DNA of 64,000 nt, taken from sequence record OM782452.1, one strand, 5' to 3'. Origin of the DNA: Pseudomonas phage vB_PaeP_TUMS_P10. The notes under the pieces are model-generated. The model searched no databases and was not told the origin of the DNA. It worked only from the letters and a program-made list of their open reading frames with translations. Position numbers and translations under genes: made by a program. Below, in pieces: positions 40,535-51,360 of this stretch; the first letter of the stretch is position 1; every line of letters begins with the position of its first letter.

Positions 40535-43032
40535 TGCTTACTCCTTTTCAGCATGTTTTGAAGCATATGGAAGGTTTCTTCCTTCGTTTCCGCCTGCTTG
40601 AGGAACTTGGTGGTCGAGTTCGAGCAAAGCAGGTTGAACATTGGGTAGTCCTTGATCAAGGTCACCAACTCCCGAACCTTTGTAGAAGGCGAGGCGGTAT
40701 CCAAGAACTCACAAGCACTCTCCAACTCCTTGTGGGCAGTGGAATACCGACGCAGGCTATCCCGATAGACACACAGCAGTTTCCATTTAGCCAACAACTC
40801 CGGAGACAGTTCCGTCTTGAAGCCGAGTGCAGTCCTCCACTCATTGGTTTCGAGAAGGTACTTGCAGATGTTGAACCCGGAATTGTACTCATCGTCCGGT
40901 TCGAATACCCGCTGAGCCGCTGCCCACGAAGAACCCATGTACTTCAACAGGATCTTCTTGTTGGTACGCACGAACTTCAGCATCTCCGCGTGTACATACT
41001 CCTCCAGGGTAGGCAGGCCCATGGCGACGAATTTCTTCTCGTCATGGATGCTGTGGGCGACTGCAACCCGGTCACCCCATACCTTCAGGACATGAACAGC
41101 AACCGCAGCGCGGAAACCAGGAAGTTCAGTCCGGGCATGGTAGGTGTTGGACTTGGAGAAGAGGTACGAGAAGGCCACGGGATTGTCAGTACGGTGTTCT
41201 GTACCGGTCTTGGCCAACTCCTGGCTGAAGTAGTCAGAAGCACGGGCGGTACTCAGGGTAGCGTAGCCGTCCATCTTCACCTTCTTGGCTTTGACCCGTT
41301 CAGCAGGCGGGATGTACTCGATTTCCTTGGTCAGGTCGAGGACAGCAACGTTCTCCAACGAATTGAAGTGGTTGCGGACCTCGGCCAAGGTCTTCGCACT
41401 ACGGGGAGTCACATACGTGAAGAAGTGAGTACGAACCCCCTTCTTGAAGTAATCCCCGTGCAGCGGGTGCTTGGCGATGCGTTCTTCGACGTTCTTGCTG
41501 CTGTGGGTGAGAACCACGATCCGTTCCTGGAAAGCATACAGAAGCAACGGCTGGATCGGATGGAACTCGGGAAGTGCAGTAGTACACAGCCAGTCCGAGT
41601 TATTAGCGATGGTAGTCATCTCCCGCAGGTGGGTAATAACGAACCGACGGGACTGCACCGGACCCATGAGCATGTCCTTCATGAAGATCTTGCGGAAGGC
41701 AGCAGACACATAGCTTCGGATGCTGTCAGCAGGACGCTCTGGCGGGCACTTGCGGTGCAGTCGAATCAGTTGACCCAGGAGAACCTGGTCTACATCCGGG
41801 CACTTGCGAAGCATACTCAACCGGTTAACCCGATCCTTGACCAGAATGGACTTTCCATTGGGCAGGCGCTTCACGACATCCGGACCCCGGAACGAGAAGA
41901 GCCAGAGGGCATGACCGGCTGCTGTGAGGATGGTATCCCCGATGATGTCCCCTGGTTTCAGGAACTCGTTCAGGGAAGCCTGGTTTACAGCAGAGAGGAC
42001 ACCTTGTTGCATGAGCCGGCTCCACTGCTCACAAGCCAATGCCTGCTCGTTGTTGTGCTTCAGCACCTGCAACATGGCCGCGTTGAGGTTGTGCTTCATG
42101 TAGGAGTCGAACTTCTCCAACAAACTATGAAGAGTCTTCTTGGTTGTGGGAACCATCGAGAGGGATTCCCGGCTGGGAGTCACTTCAATGGTGTTCGGCT
42201 GAGCCTTCAGCACCAGCACGGAGGTGTAGTCACCGGACAGGCGAATCCAGTCCTTGCAATCCTCGTACAGGTGCTCATAGTCCTCGTGATCCGCAACCGG
42301 GTAGATCACGTTGCCATACAGTACACAGATGGCGCCGGGCAAGTTGTCCGCGTACTGACCGCGAGCAATGAGGAAGCCGTTCTTGGCTTCTTCGATGGGT
42401 AAGGTAGGAACTACCTGACCGGAGATCTCCGCCAGCATGCCGCCATTGCGGATAACCCGGCGTGCGTTGTTCAGCATGGTATTCCGGCTTACCTGGTTTC
42501 CATCCAAGGGGATGGACACCTTCAGTCCTGGATTGTCGCAAGGAATGGAAAGCATCGGAGTGATGGTCGGCAAGCCATTACGCTCAGCGGAAGACTTGCT
42601 GATTCGGTAGATGGTACGGATACCCCCGTTGGAGGATTCCACCTGGAAAGAATCTACCAGGGCGAAGGGAGACTTACAGCCCAGGCCGAAGCCACCGGTG
42701 ACTTCCGAGTTCTTCTGCTTGGTGGAACCACCCAGGGTTCCATAGTGGTCGCCCATCTTGTCCTTGGGGATGCCCTTACCGAAGTCTTCTACGACGAACT
42801 CATTGTCCTCGGAGAAGTAGACCTTGATCGGCGTGTGCTTATTCCCCGCTTCGATGTGGGCATCCCAGGCGTTGCACAGGACTTCACGTACTACAGCCAT
42901 GGGCTTATCGGAGTACAAGGTATCCGACAGCATGTGGAAGAAGGCCGCGTCAGCATTGACCTTCATCTGGATCTTTTCTTCGCCGCCAATGACAGCATGA
43001 GTGATCCGATCACTCGTATGAGTTACTTGCAT
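40510..43032 (-). CDS. rIIA-like protein with GHKL/HATPase_c domain
   Basis: N-box REVLCNAWDA and G-rich boxes in the first ~150 aa. 840 aa. AAGGAG RBS. Confidence 0.6.
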   Translation of the reverse strand: MQVTHTSDRITHAVIGGEEKIQMKVNADAAFFHMLSDTLYSDKPMAVVREVLCNAWDAHIEAGNKHTPIKVYFSEDNEFVVEDFGKGIPKDKMGDHYGTLGGSTKQKNSEVTGGFGLGCKSPFALVDSFQVESSNGGIRTIYRISKSSAERNGLPTITPMLSIPCDNPGLKVSIPLDGNQVSRNTMLNNARRVIRNGGMLAEISGQVVPTLPIEEAKNGFLIARGQYADNLPGAICVLYGNVIYPVADHEDYEHLYEDCKDWIRLSGDYTSVLVLKAQPNTIEVTPSRESLSMVPTTKKTLHSLLEKFDSYMKHNLNAAMLQVLKHNNEQALACEQWSRLMQQGVLSAVNQASLNEFLKPGDIIGDTILTAAGHALWLFSFRGPDVVKRLPNGKSILVKDRVNRLSMLRKCPDVDQVLLGQLIRLHRKCPPERPADSIRSYVSAAFRKIFMKDMLMGPVQSRRFVITHLREMTTIANNSDWLCTTALPEFHPIQPLLLYAFQERIVVLTHSSKNVEERIAKHPLHGDYFKKGVRTHFFTYVTPRSAKTLAEVRNHFNSLENVAVLDLTKEIEYIPPAERVKAKKVKMDGYATLSTARASDYFSQELAKTGTEHRTDNPVAFSYLFSKSNTYHARTELPGFRAAVAVHVLKVWGDRVAVAHSIHDEKKFVAMGLPTLEEYVHAEMLKFVRTNKKILLKYMGSSWAAAQRVFEPDDEYNSGFNICKYLLETNEWRTALGFKTELSPELLAKWKLLCVYRDSLRRYSTAHKELESACEFLDTASPSTKVRELVTLIKDYPMFNLLCSNSTTKFLKQAETKEETFHMLQNMLKRSKQCQKKSAS

Positions 43033-43035
43033 GGT

Positions 43036-43329
43036 TTACTCCTTGGGTTTGCGGACACGTTTCTTCTTCACCGGAGCAATTGGCTTCGGTGGATACAACG
43101 ACAGCAGTTTCTTTCTGGCATTACGGGATAACGAAGCGGTGACACTACGGAAGAGATCGTACTCTTCCATGGTCACCTGCTTGAAATGTGGGGGTACTGG
43201 GCCTTGGCCCATTACCCAGGTATGCGTCATGCGGGATTCCTCATGAACGAAGAAGTACCGCCCGTTAACTGGTGCATGCCCGTACTTGCCGGGGGTCCAC
43301 GTAGGTTTCTTGGCAGTCTTCTTCGCCAT
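43036..43329 (-). CDS. hypothetical basic protein
   Basis: 97 aa, K/R-rich at both ends. Confidence 0.4.
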   Translation of the reverse strand: MAKKTAKKPTWTPGKYGHAPVNGRYFFVHEESRMTHTWVMGQGPVPPHFKQVTMEEYDLFRSVTASLSRNARKKLLSLYPPKPIAPVKKKRVRKPKE

Positions 43330-43336
43330 GATTCAT

Positions 43337-43531
43337 TTACTCCTTATGAAACACATACATTCCCTTGATGTCCGTGCCCAGCACGTAACCTTTAGGGACG
43401 TTCGGTTTTCCATAGACCGCCTTGCCGGAAGCGATGGCATGCTCAGCAGCATCCACACTCCCAAAGTGGCGGACCATATGGAGGAAGGAAGCCCAATAGG
43501 ACTTCCGGTCTTCAGTCTTTGAGGATCGCAT
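43337..43531 (-). CDS. hypothetical protein
   Basis: 64-aa ORF. Confidence 0.35.
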   Translation of the reverse strand: MRSSKTEDRKSYWASFLHMVRHFGSVDAAEHAIASGKAVYGKPNVPKGYVLGTDIKGMYVFHKE

Positions 43532-44024
43532 CGGTTAACCCCTTGCTTCCGTGTCTACGGATGTGATGAATCACTGAATCCCAGGAGAAGCACTTGATGT
43601 GGCCTTGCATCAGGTTGAAAGCCGCCAGTTCATCATGTGCTGTCTCGTAGAAGAGAGCGCTTACCCCGTGGGTAATCAGCATCTCGGTACACTTGACGCA
43701 GGGAGATCGAGTGATCCACAAATGACTATCTTCCAAAGGAACTCCTGACCTGGAAGCCCAAGCCAGAATGTTATGTTCCGCATGGATTACGCCGGAGGGC
43801 GTGGTCTTGTGCCGCTGTTCTGTACTCAGCCAAGGCCCACGCTCACAGCAGTTGTCTTCACCAGGAAGCGTTCCATTCCAGCCGGTGAACAGTGCCCCGG
43901 TCTTGGTGACCAGCACACCACCCACTACATGCCTTTTGGCTTTAGACTGGTTGGCCGCATTCCTGGCTATCGACATGTACAGGTCGCAATACTTCATCGA
44001 CCTGGGTTCCGGCTTCTTCGCCAT
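43512..44024 (-). CDS. dCMP deaminase
   Basis: HAEHNIL...SPCVKCTEMLI matches the zinc-binding motifs. GAGGA sits 7 nt before the ATG at 44024 (the ORF-track start at 44105 is probably an extension). Confidence 0.75.
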   Translation of the reverse strand: MAKKPEPRSMKYCDLYMSIARNAANQSKAKRHVVGGVLVTKTGALFTGWNGTLPGEDNCCERGPWLSTEQRHKTTPSGVIHAEHNILAWASRSGVPLEDSHLWITRSPCVKCTEMLITHGVSALFYETAHDELAAFNLMQGHIKCFSWDSVIHHIRRHGSKGLTDAILKD

Positions 44025-44153
44025 GCTTGATTCCTCGTGCAAAGTCGCAGGCAGCCCAGAGGCCACCACATTCATGTACGAGGACACCATCACGCCGGAC
44101 CTCAATGACGCCTTGCGTAACGGTGATCTCGTGGTTGTTGACCCAACAGGTGC

Positions 44154-46781
44154 TCACTTCTTCTCCTTCAATGCGGCTGCGTGTGCAGTACATTGCTCTT
44201 GAAGCCGCTCAACAGTTATTGGGTAATCCAAAGTGCAGGCATGTGCCCACGACGGCCAGAAGAGATCCAGATTCGCACCGATCTTTACTTGATCATGCGC
44301 AATAGCGGGATCTTCCTGCCAGGACATCTCTTCACAGAGATTATTGTTGACCCATGCCACACACTCAGGATCATCAGGGAACAGCACATAGATGGCGTCA
44401 TGGATCAACGCCACAATGTGAATCTCTTCCCGCCACTTACTTGCCAGTACACGCTTACGGAAAGCTACTGCTGCCCGATTGTTCAGCAAGCCCCAGGACT
44501 GACCGGACACTGCGTTTCCAGCGCTCCGAGATTCAGCTGCTGCCTGCTTAGGCGTGACTTTCAAGTTCAGCATGGTGTTGCCGAGCAGGGGTGTGCGTAG
44601 CTTCAGGCCGAAAGCCAGCTGTACATACCCCTGTTTTGTTGCCTTGTTGATCTCAGAGGCCACCCACTGACGGCTTGCGTCGTAGAGTTTGTGGTAGTTC
44701 TCTTCGATCTTCTTGGCTTCCTCTTCCGAGAAGCCGACGTTCTTCACAAGCCCCGCTGCACTACCACCATACTGGAGCAGGAAGTGCGGAGCCTTTGCAT
44801 CACCCCGTAGACCGGGATACTTTTGCTGGATTGAGTTGATGGACTCGACAGTATCGACGATGCCCACACATTTCTCAGGCCAGAACGCAAAGGTACGCAT
44901 TGAGTGTCCGTCGTACCCATCTGTGTACACTTTGATCTTGTTGGGATCTCGTGTTAACAGAGCATTGATCCGGTCCTCCAGTGCTGCGAAGTCGGCACCT
45001 CCGAAGAGATAGCCTTTAGCTGCCATGAAGATGGACTTGATCAACTTACCGTAGGCTGAACCAGACGGAAGGTTCTGCATGTTGGGATCCGACGAACTCA
45101 GCCGACCGGAGATCGTGCCACCAAGGTTGAATGAGCCATGGAGGTACAACATCCCATCAGCTTTCAGTCTTCCCGCCTTGAAGGCTGGTATGAAAGCAGA
45201 AAGGATCTTCTGTACACGATCCAGGTCAATCATTGCTTGGAGCAGACCCTTGAAGGATGCTCCAGCAGGGTGGCGTATGAGCTTTGTCAGCTCATCTCCT
45301 CCGGTTGCCGGCTGGCCAGTAGGTGTTTTGTCCAGGACAGGCAAACCAATGACCTTATGAAGCAGCAATGCCTTCTGAGGACCACTTCCAGGGTTGAACT
45401 CGATGTGACTGAAGTCATCAATCGTTTTCTGGATGGTTTTCAGGGTGGCATTCTTCTTCACCATGGCTTCTTCACGCAGCAACAGAGTTGTCCGGTGAAC
45501 CATGGGATCCTGCATGATGGTATTGAAGTAACCATCTCGCAGTTTGGTCAGTTCGGTTTCCACTTCAGCCAGTCGTTTGGGGCACATGGGCATCCCTACC
45601 AGTTCGGTATGGATGATCATCTCCTGGCTTTCCATGAACAGGCCGTGATACAGCTGGTCTTGTTTCTCGGCGACCATCACAGGGTAGTACTTGTTCCACA
45701 CGTACATCGTGGTAACCGCATCGACTGCGTTGTACTCCATCAGTTGATCCAACGGGATCTTCCTGATGTCCTTGATGTCATCGCCTTGGGACCAATCCCC
45801 GGCATGTTCCTGTCCTAGGTCTTTCAAGCTATAGCTTGGGGAAGACGTGCTGTTCAGTGCGAGGTATGCAACTACTTTCGTGTCCTGCATACCCCTGCAC
45901 ATGATCTCCAACCCCCGCAGCATCCCGACCTTATCCAGGTCGTGTGCCATGTACAGTTGGTAGATCAGTACCTTCACGTCGAAGTTCGCCTTGTGGTAGA
46001 TCAGCTGGCCTTTGTACTGCTCAAAGAACCAACGCAGTACATCCCGCATTGGCTCATTGGTTTCACAGTACCCGTGTAGACCATCTACCGGATCCGCCAA
46101 CGCTTGGTAGTCCACTTGGATTTGCACCGCATCATGCTGTGACCAAGCGAAACCAATGGTGGCGATACCTGAGTCGAACATGCTCAGACTGAACCCCTCG
46201 ATATCGCAGGTTAACTCCGGCTTATCGAGTAGCTTGCTCAGCTGGTCCTTCGCTTTAGCTACCTCGTCTCGGTACACATAAGTCACGTCCCGGAGCAGGT
46301 CTTCGCCAACAGGCACGTACCTACCGCTTGCGTGATCTACTATCACTTTCAGGCCGATTTCCAATTTGTCCCGTTTACCGGGATCGAAGATCAGAACCTG
46401 GTAGTTCAGGCCGTACACCACCTTGAAGTCTTCGTAGCCTGGCCAGACGCAATCAAGTACGTTGCCCCAGTTGGCCTCTGTCTTCTGCTTGGTCAGTGCT
46501 TTGAAATAGGTGGCATCAGCACAGTAGATATACCGAGTCTTCAGGTCTTTCAGTGTGGGGAGCAACTCATCTTGCAGATACTCCTTCACACGTTTGGCGG
46601 ATACCTTGCCCCTGGCTTCATAAGCCAGAGAGATGGCAATCACGTCCGAGTTCTGCACCCCGAGTTGCTTCAGCGGAGGCAGATAGTTCCTTTCCAGTTC
46701 GTGCTTCCGAAGGGCATCCTCCTTAAGGAGAATGGCCACCGGATACCTTTCCTGGGCATCAGTGAACTGAACATACTTCAT
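44154..46781 (-). CDS. DNA polymerase, family A (N4 gp39-like)
   Basis: 875 aa. Motif B-like RGDAKAPHFLLQYGGS. Motif C-like LIHDAIYV. GGAGG RBS. Confidence 0.8.
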   Translation of the reverse strand: MKYVQFTDAQERYPVAILLKEDALRKHELERNYLPPLKQLGVQNSDVIAISLAYEARGKVSAKRVKEYLQDELLPTLKDLKTRYIYCADATYFKALTKQKTEANWGNVLDCVWPGYEDFKVVYGLNYQVLIFDPGKRDKLEIGLKVIVDHASGRYVPVGEDLLRDVTYVYRDEVAKAKDQLSKLLDKPELTCDIEGFSLSMFDSGIATIGFAWSQHDAVQIQVDYQALADPVDGLHGYCETNEPMRDVLRWFFEQYKGQLIYHKANFDVKVLIYQLYMAHDLDKVGMLRGLEIMCRGMQDTKVVAYLALNSTSSPSYSLKDLGQEHAGDWSQGDDIKDIRKIPLDQLMEYNAVDAVTTMYVWNKYYPVMVAEKQDQLYHGLFMESQEMIIHTELVGMPMCPKRLAEVETELTKLRDGYFNTIMQDPMVHRTTLLLREEAMVKKNATLKTIQKTIDDFSHIEFNPGSGPQKALLLHKVIGLPVLDKTPTGQPATGGDELTKLIRHPAGASFKGLLQAMIDLDRVQKILSAFIPAFKAGRLKADGMLYLHGSFNLGGTISGRLSSSDPNMQNLPSGSAYGKLIKSIFMAAKGYLFGGADFAALEDRINALLTRDPNKIKVYTDGYDGHSMRTFAFWPEKCVGIVDTVESINSIQQKYPGLRGDAKAPHFLLQYGGSAAGLVKNVGFSEEEAKKIEENYHKLYDASRQWVASEINKATKQGYVQLAFGLKLRTPLLGNTMLNLKVTPKQAAAESRSAGNAVSGQSWGLLNNRAAVAFRKRVLASKWREEIHIVALIHDAIYVLFPDDPECVAWVNNNLCEEMSWQEDPAIAHDQVKIGANLDLFWPSWAHACTLDYPITVERLQEQCTAHAAALKEKK

Positions 46782-46785
46782 TGGT

Positions 46786-47322
46786 TTAATCCTCCGACAG
46801 GAACAGGTTGGAGGTAACCCTTTTCAGCATGGTTTCGTAGTGGGGTTGATAGGCGCCAAGACTGTCTCCAGCTGCCTGGAAGCTCAGACCTTCCATTGGA
46901 ATTTCCAAAGCTTCATAGACGCTGGAGATGTTCTTTCGTAAACCATCCGGGATGCACTTCAGGTAGTCCCGGAAGTCGTCAGACTTGTTCAGGACGTGGC
47001 TGATGTACATACCAACTTGGGTTTGCTCATCCACAAGGATGGGATCCCACTGGTTTAGCAGAGCCTCGTACTCCGGAAGCAACTGCTTGGAAGCTCGCGG
47101 AACTACCTCCGAGGAACGAAGGTTTGTCTTGACTCCCGGAACCGCCAACAACCGTGCGCGGACGCGCACGCAGAGAATTGAATCACCGCGAATAGCAGCA
47201 TCTCTCTGCAACAGCTGTAGCAACTGGTTGTGGTAGACCCTCTCCGGTTTCTCGTACAAGCCCCGGAGAATGGCCGTCTTCAGGAGTGATTTGAACCGGA
47301 TCTGATTGGCCCTGCTCATCAC
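46786..47322 (-). CDS. hypothetical protein
   Basis: 178-aa ORF. Confidence 0.45.
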   Translation of the reverse strand: MMSRANQIRFKSLLKTAILRGLYEKPERVYHNQLLQLLQRDAAIRGDSILCVRVRARLLAVPGVKTNLRSSEVVPRASKQLLPEYEALLNQWDPILVDEQTQVGMYISHVLNKSDDFRDYLKCIPDGLRKNISSVYEALEIPMEGLSFQAAGDSLGAYQPHYETMLKRVTSNLFLSED

Positions 47323-48569
47323 ATGTCCCCCGTCATGATTACCCCTTTCCTGGCCCTGCTGAAAGCAACGTACAAGGCACGGGCCAGTTGATTGGGATGG
47401 TGGATCTTCTTACAGATGTCATCCAAATCAATGAACACCCAGTCGAAGGTAGAGCCTTGCGACTTGGTTACCGTGCAGGCGAAGGATGGCCGCAGGTCAA
47501 TCACGAACCCCCCCATATCATGGAGAGTGTCGTAGTCATCCTGCTTACGAGCCAGTGACAGCCGTGCCTTGTAGTCCACACGGGACTTGGGCAGGAAGTA
47601 GCAGCCCTTGCTTCCCCTCAAGTTCACGAGGTAACCCTCGATATCGAACTCGATGGTCTCTTTCAGGCCGGCGATCATCACTTCCTGACCGGTGCTGAGG
47701 GTTTCCTTCCGGTTGATCACAGCCTCGTTGACCAACATGCGTTGGCCTTCCATCGGTCTGCTGGTCCCGTAGATTTCCTGAGACATGTAGTTGTTCATGT
47801 TGATCACAGCCACATTGGTATGGGCCAGGATCTTCACGTTACCCCAGGTATCAGGATCCTTGAACGCATCCTTGGCCAGTTCTTGCCACTGGTTTCGAGG
47901 CAGGTGCTGCAACTGGTCCCCGTCCAACTTGATCTTGGGCCAGGGACCACCGAACACAGTAGAACGGAGGGCAGTACACAGTTCAGCCAAGGGGCCAGTA
48001 GCCTGACGCTTGACCTCGGTCAGTTCGATGATCAACTTACTGGCTTCGAAAGCCGGCATGTAGTGCGAACCAACCGGGGTCAACTGGCCATTGTCGCCGA
48101 TGAACAGGATCTTGCAGTTGATGGTCTGCTTGTAGATCAAGCCCAGCAGGCGTTGGTCGATGTGACTGGCTTCGTCGATGATGATCAGGGCATTCTCTAC
48201 GGGTACAGCATTGCCCTTGAGCGCCAATTCAGACTTGCCGGTCTTCAGGTTCTTACGAACCGTGGCACCGATGAGTGAATGGATGGTGGAGACTGGGTAA
48301 CCGGACTCCTTCGACAGGTGAGACAGAGCCTCACAAGCCTGGTGAGTGGTGGCCGTCAGATGTACGTCCCGAGGGACGTAGGATTCATCCACGATCTTGC
48401 ACAGGCGGTCGTACTTGGGCAGTACACTGAGGATATGCTGCACCAGAGTAGACTTACCGGTGCCAGCCCAGCCGGTGAGTAGAAGGATGGGTTCGAGACT
48501 CATGTAAAACTTAGCAAAGAGTTCAAACCCATCCTTCTGGCCTTGAGTCAGTTCTTCAAAATCGACCAT
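47319..48569 (-). CDS. Dda/RecD-like SF1 DNA helicase
   Basis: Walker A GWAGTGKST. Motif VI-like VTKSQGSTFDWVFI and YVAFSRARKGV. Confidence 0.65.
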   Translation of the reverse strand: MVDFEELTQGQKDGFELFAKFYMSLEPILLLTGWAGTGKSTLVQHILSVLPKYDRLCKIVDESYVPRDVHLTATTHQACEALSHLSKESGYPVSTIHSLIGATVRKNLKTGKSELALKGNAVPVENALIIIDEASHIDQRLLGLIYKQTINCKILFIGDNGQLTPVGSHYMPAFEASKLIIELTEVKRQATGPLAELCTALRSTVFGGPWPKIKLDGDQLQHLPRNQWQELAKDAFKDPDTWGNVKILAHTNVAVINMNNYMSQEIYGTSRPMEGQRMLVNEAVINRKETLSTGQEVMIAGLKETIEFDIEGYLVNLRGSKGCYFLPKSRVDYKARLSLARKQDDYDTLHDMGGFVIDLRPSFACTVTKSQGSTFDWVFIDLDDICKKIHHPNQLARALYVAFSRARKGVIMTGDM

Positions 48570-49775
48570 CTAGACCTCAAAATGAGTCACTTGTCCGAAG
48601 TCGATCTTGAAGCTGGGATTGCCATGGATCATCCACAGGATAGGTACACCTGGGTTGCGATCCGGGGCACGCCAGAAACCGCCATCGGTGAATACCACCA
48701 CGGCAGTAGGCTTGTGCTTCTCGACGTAGGCCAAGACAGGGTTGATGTCAGTGCCACCGCGACCCTCAAGCTTCGCTTTCAGCAGATCCTTGGTACTGCG
48801 GATCTTGGTGACGTTCATGATCTCGGTGTCGAAAGTCAGCATGTGCATGCTCTCAGGCTTCAGCTTCTTCAGGACACCGTTGAACTCGGAGATGTACCGC
48901 TTGACCTCCTCGTCCGTCACAGAGCCGGACAGGTCGAAGCAGAAGAGGATATCTCCGACTGCCTTGCCCTTCAGGCTCGGTAGATAGTACCGACTTGCGG
49001 TACGCCGGTTGGGCCGTTCCCAGGTGAAGCCACGCTTGTTGAAGCGGGTGAAGAACCGTTGCAACTTGGCAGCCAAGGGCAGCTTGGGTTGCAGCAGGTT
49101 GTCCAAGAAGACGGTCACGTCACCAGGGATGGAACCGGCTTGACCGGCCTGGCGAGCAGCAGTGGCAGCGGCTACGATGATGTCGGTCATCTCACCTTCG
49201 TCCTGACCATCTTCCCCTTTACCGGGACGCAGGTCGTCCATGGGATCGCCATTGGGATCGAATAACGAATCGCCACTGCCTTCGCCTTCACCGCCCTTAC
49301 CGTTCTGCTTGGCTTCTTCGAGCAGGGCTTGATAGACCTCTTCGGTCGTCATGCCCTTGTACTTGTCGTCCTGGCACCACTTGCATTCCCTGCCGTTCTT
49401 GTCCTTCCAGATCAACGGAGCGAAGTTGGATTCCTTCAACTCTTGGTTGATCACGAAGTCGCCGGCGATGTTCCACAAGGTACACATGCCGCCACCGGGA
49501 GTCTTCACGATGGCTTTGCGGTGTTCCATTCGCTGGGCATGGAGACGGACGATGTGCCCGATCTCATGTGCCAGCAGGGTTTCCTGCTGAGCCTTGGTCA
49601 AACCAGAGAAGAACTCCAGGTTGATGCCCATCTTGGTCCCTTGGACGTAAGCGGTGGGCATCTCGTCGTCTTGGTGATACCGAAGACGCATTGCAACGTT
49701 GGCCAGGAAGACCGAATTGGGCCGTTCCATGAGCCGGATCTTGGCTTTCGAAACCATCTCATTGAAGCTACTCAT
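48570..49775 (-). CDS. HExxH metallopeptidase-like plus vWA domain protein
   Basis: HEIGH motif. C-terminal MIDAS-like DLSGS. 401 aa. Sits two genes downstream of the MoxR-like ATPase gene. Confidence 0.55.
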   Translation of the reverse strand: MSSFNEMVSKAKIRLMERPNSVFLANVAMRLRYHQDDEMPTAYVQGTKMGINLEFFSGLTKAQQETLLAHEIGHIVRLHAQRMEHRKAIVKTPGGGMCTLWNIAGDFVINQELKESNFAPLIWKDKNGRECKWCQDDKYKGMTTEEVYQALLEEAKQNGKGGEGEGSGDSLFDPNGDPMDDLRPGKGEDGQDEGEMTDIIVAAATAARQAGQAGSIPGDVTVFLDNLLQPKLPLAAKLQRFFTRFNKRGFTWERPNRRTASRYYLPSLKGKAVGDILFCFDLSGSVTDEEVKRYISEFNGVLKKLKPESMHMLTFDTEIMNVTKIRSTKDLLKAKLEGRGGTDINPVLAYVEKHKPTAVVVFTDGGFWRAPDRNPGVPILWMIHGNPSFKIDFGQVTHFEV

Positions 49776-49776
49776 T

Positions 49777-50238
49777 TCAGTCTCCCGTGATGAGTTTGGT
49801 CATCCGCCAGAGTTTCCCCAGGCGGTACTGTTCCATGAACCTGTAGTTACTGGTTTGGTGTTTCATACCCCAAGCCAGACCCCGAATAGTGGCCTCCCCC
49901 AAGGACAGCTTCTTCCGGTACTTGAGCAGAGATGCTGCTTCGTAGGTGGATTCCGGGGTATCCGAAGACAGCACCCGGTACAACTCCACCTCTTCCGTAG
50001 CACTCTTGAAGTAGACGACTCCCACATCCACCAGAGTGACCGTGCCTACTTGATGGGGAAATAGCCCAACTACATGAGCTATCCCCGCATCTCGCAGGTG
50101 GTGTCTGTTGATGGAGAAACGGTCGTAATATTCATAGATATTCCAACCTTCGAACTCCCCCAATGGTTTGTAGGGGGCGTCCTCGAACACCTCATCTGCG
50201 GAAACCTCCGGAGGCACCACAAGGTAGTAGTTGCCCAT
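49777..50238 (-). CDS. hypothetical protein
   Basis: 153 aa, AAGGAGG RBS. Confidence 0.45.
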   Translation of the reverse strand: MGNYYLVVPPEVSADEVFEDAPYKPLGEFEGWNIYEYYDRFSINRHHLRDAGIAHVVGLFPHQVGTVTLVDVGVVYFKSATEEVELYRVLSSDTPESTYEAASLLKYRKKLSLGEATIRGLAWGMKHQTSNYRFMEQYRLGKLWRMTKLITGD

Positions 50239-50255
50239 TTGATGCCTCCTTTGGC

Positions 50256-51326
50256 TTAGAGCAGTTTGTCGGCGTTGGCCATCATCCAGTTGGAGATGGC
50301 CGGCACGGAGATCAGACCGGCACCACGGCGCTTGACTGCCCCTTTCAGAGCAACAACACGGTAGTCAGCCGGCAGGCGGTTGATGTACTTGAGCAGTTGC
50401 TCCGCGTTCTCGGCATCCATGATCTCGCCGATAGCGCCGCAGATTGCACACAGCAGACCGGGGTTGTCTTCCGGCACCGATACGGTTTCCGGGTTGTTGA
50501 TCAAGTCCTCGGCCTTCGGTACGGACTCGTAGTAGTCCACGAATGCCTTGAAGGTAACCACGTTACCCATGCCGATGGCACCGGCCAGAGCAACACGGTT
50601 TTCCATGCTGTTCAGGATGGTGTGGACTTGGCCGTTGGAGTCGGAAACCATGTCGCTGATGAGGGCGTTGGCGAACTCCCAGGTACGAGGTGCTGCGTAG
50701 ATCTGGCCCTCGTTGGCCGGGTCGAAGGTGTAGAAGGCGTTCGGCTGGAACTCCAGATAGGAGGTGATGACGCTGCTGTAGCCGTTCGGCAGAGCGACGT
50801 TGTTCAGCCAGGACTTCAGGTCGTGCTCGACGTACAGGTGTACGAAGCGGCTGATGAGCGCCGAGGACAGCGGGTTGACGATGGCACCGTCGGTTTCCAG
50901 GTTACCGGCAGCGACGATGGCCACCGAAGGATGCAGGTTCTTGTGGCCGACCATGCGGTCCAGGACCAGCTTGTACGCCGCTGCTTGACGGGTATCGTCC
51001 GCCGAGTTGATCTCGTCCAGGAACAGCAGCCAGCCGTTGTAGCCTGCCGGGATCTTGTCCCCTTCGAGGGGGAGGTGATCGAAGGTCTTGAAGGTGGCAC
51101 GGTCACCGGCCAGGTCCGGCAGACCCTTCAGGTCGGTGGGGTCGCACTGAGACAGGCGTTCGTCGATCACCAGCAGGTTGAACTCCTTGGCCAGGTTCTT
51201 GACCAGGGCGGACTTGCCGATTGCCGGCGAACCGTGAAGCATGGGGACCAGGCCGCACTTGAGGTAGCGACGCAGGATGTTGCCGGCCTTGAAGATGGAT
51301 ACTTTCTGAGTTTCGTCGAAGTGCAT
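50256..51326 (-). CDS. MoxR-like AAA+ ATPase
   Basis: Walker A GSPAIGKS. Walker B LLFLDEIN. 356 aa. Confidence 0.6.
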   Translation of the reverse strand: MHFDETQKVSIFKAGNILRRYLKCGLVPMLHGSPAIGKSALVKNLAKEFNLLVIDERLSQCDPTDLKGLPDLAGDRATFKTFDHLPLEGDKIPAGYNGWLLFLDEINSADDTRQAAAYKLVLDRMVGHKNLHPSVAIVAAGNLETDGAIVNPLSSALISRFVHLYVEHDLKSWLNNVALPNGYSSVITSYLEFQPNAFYTFDPANEGQIYAAPRTWEFANALISDMVSDSNGQVHTILNSMENRVALAGAIGMGNVVTFKAFVDYYESVPKAEDLINNPETVSVPEDNPGLLCAICGAIGEIMDAENAEQLLKYINRLPADYRVVALKGAVKRRGAGLISVPAISNWMMANADKLL

Positions 51327-51360
51327 GATGTTCTCCAGATTGAACAGTGATTGGTTTCAG

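Noticed and set aside
38960-42402. Plus-strand ORFs of 523 and 632 aa antisense to the rIIB/rIIA-like genes
   Set aside because: The minus-strand genes carry a GHKL domain and RBSs. The plus-strand products are low-complexity.
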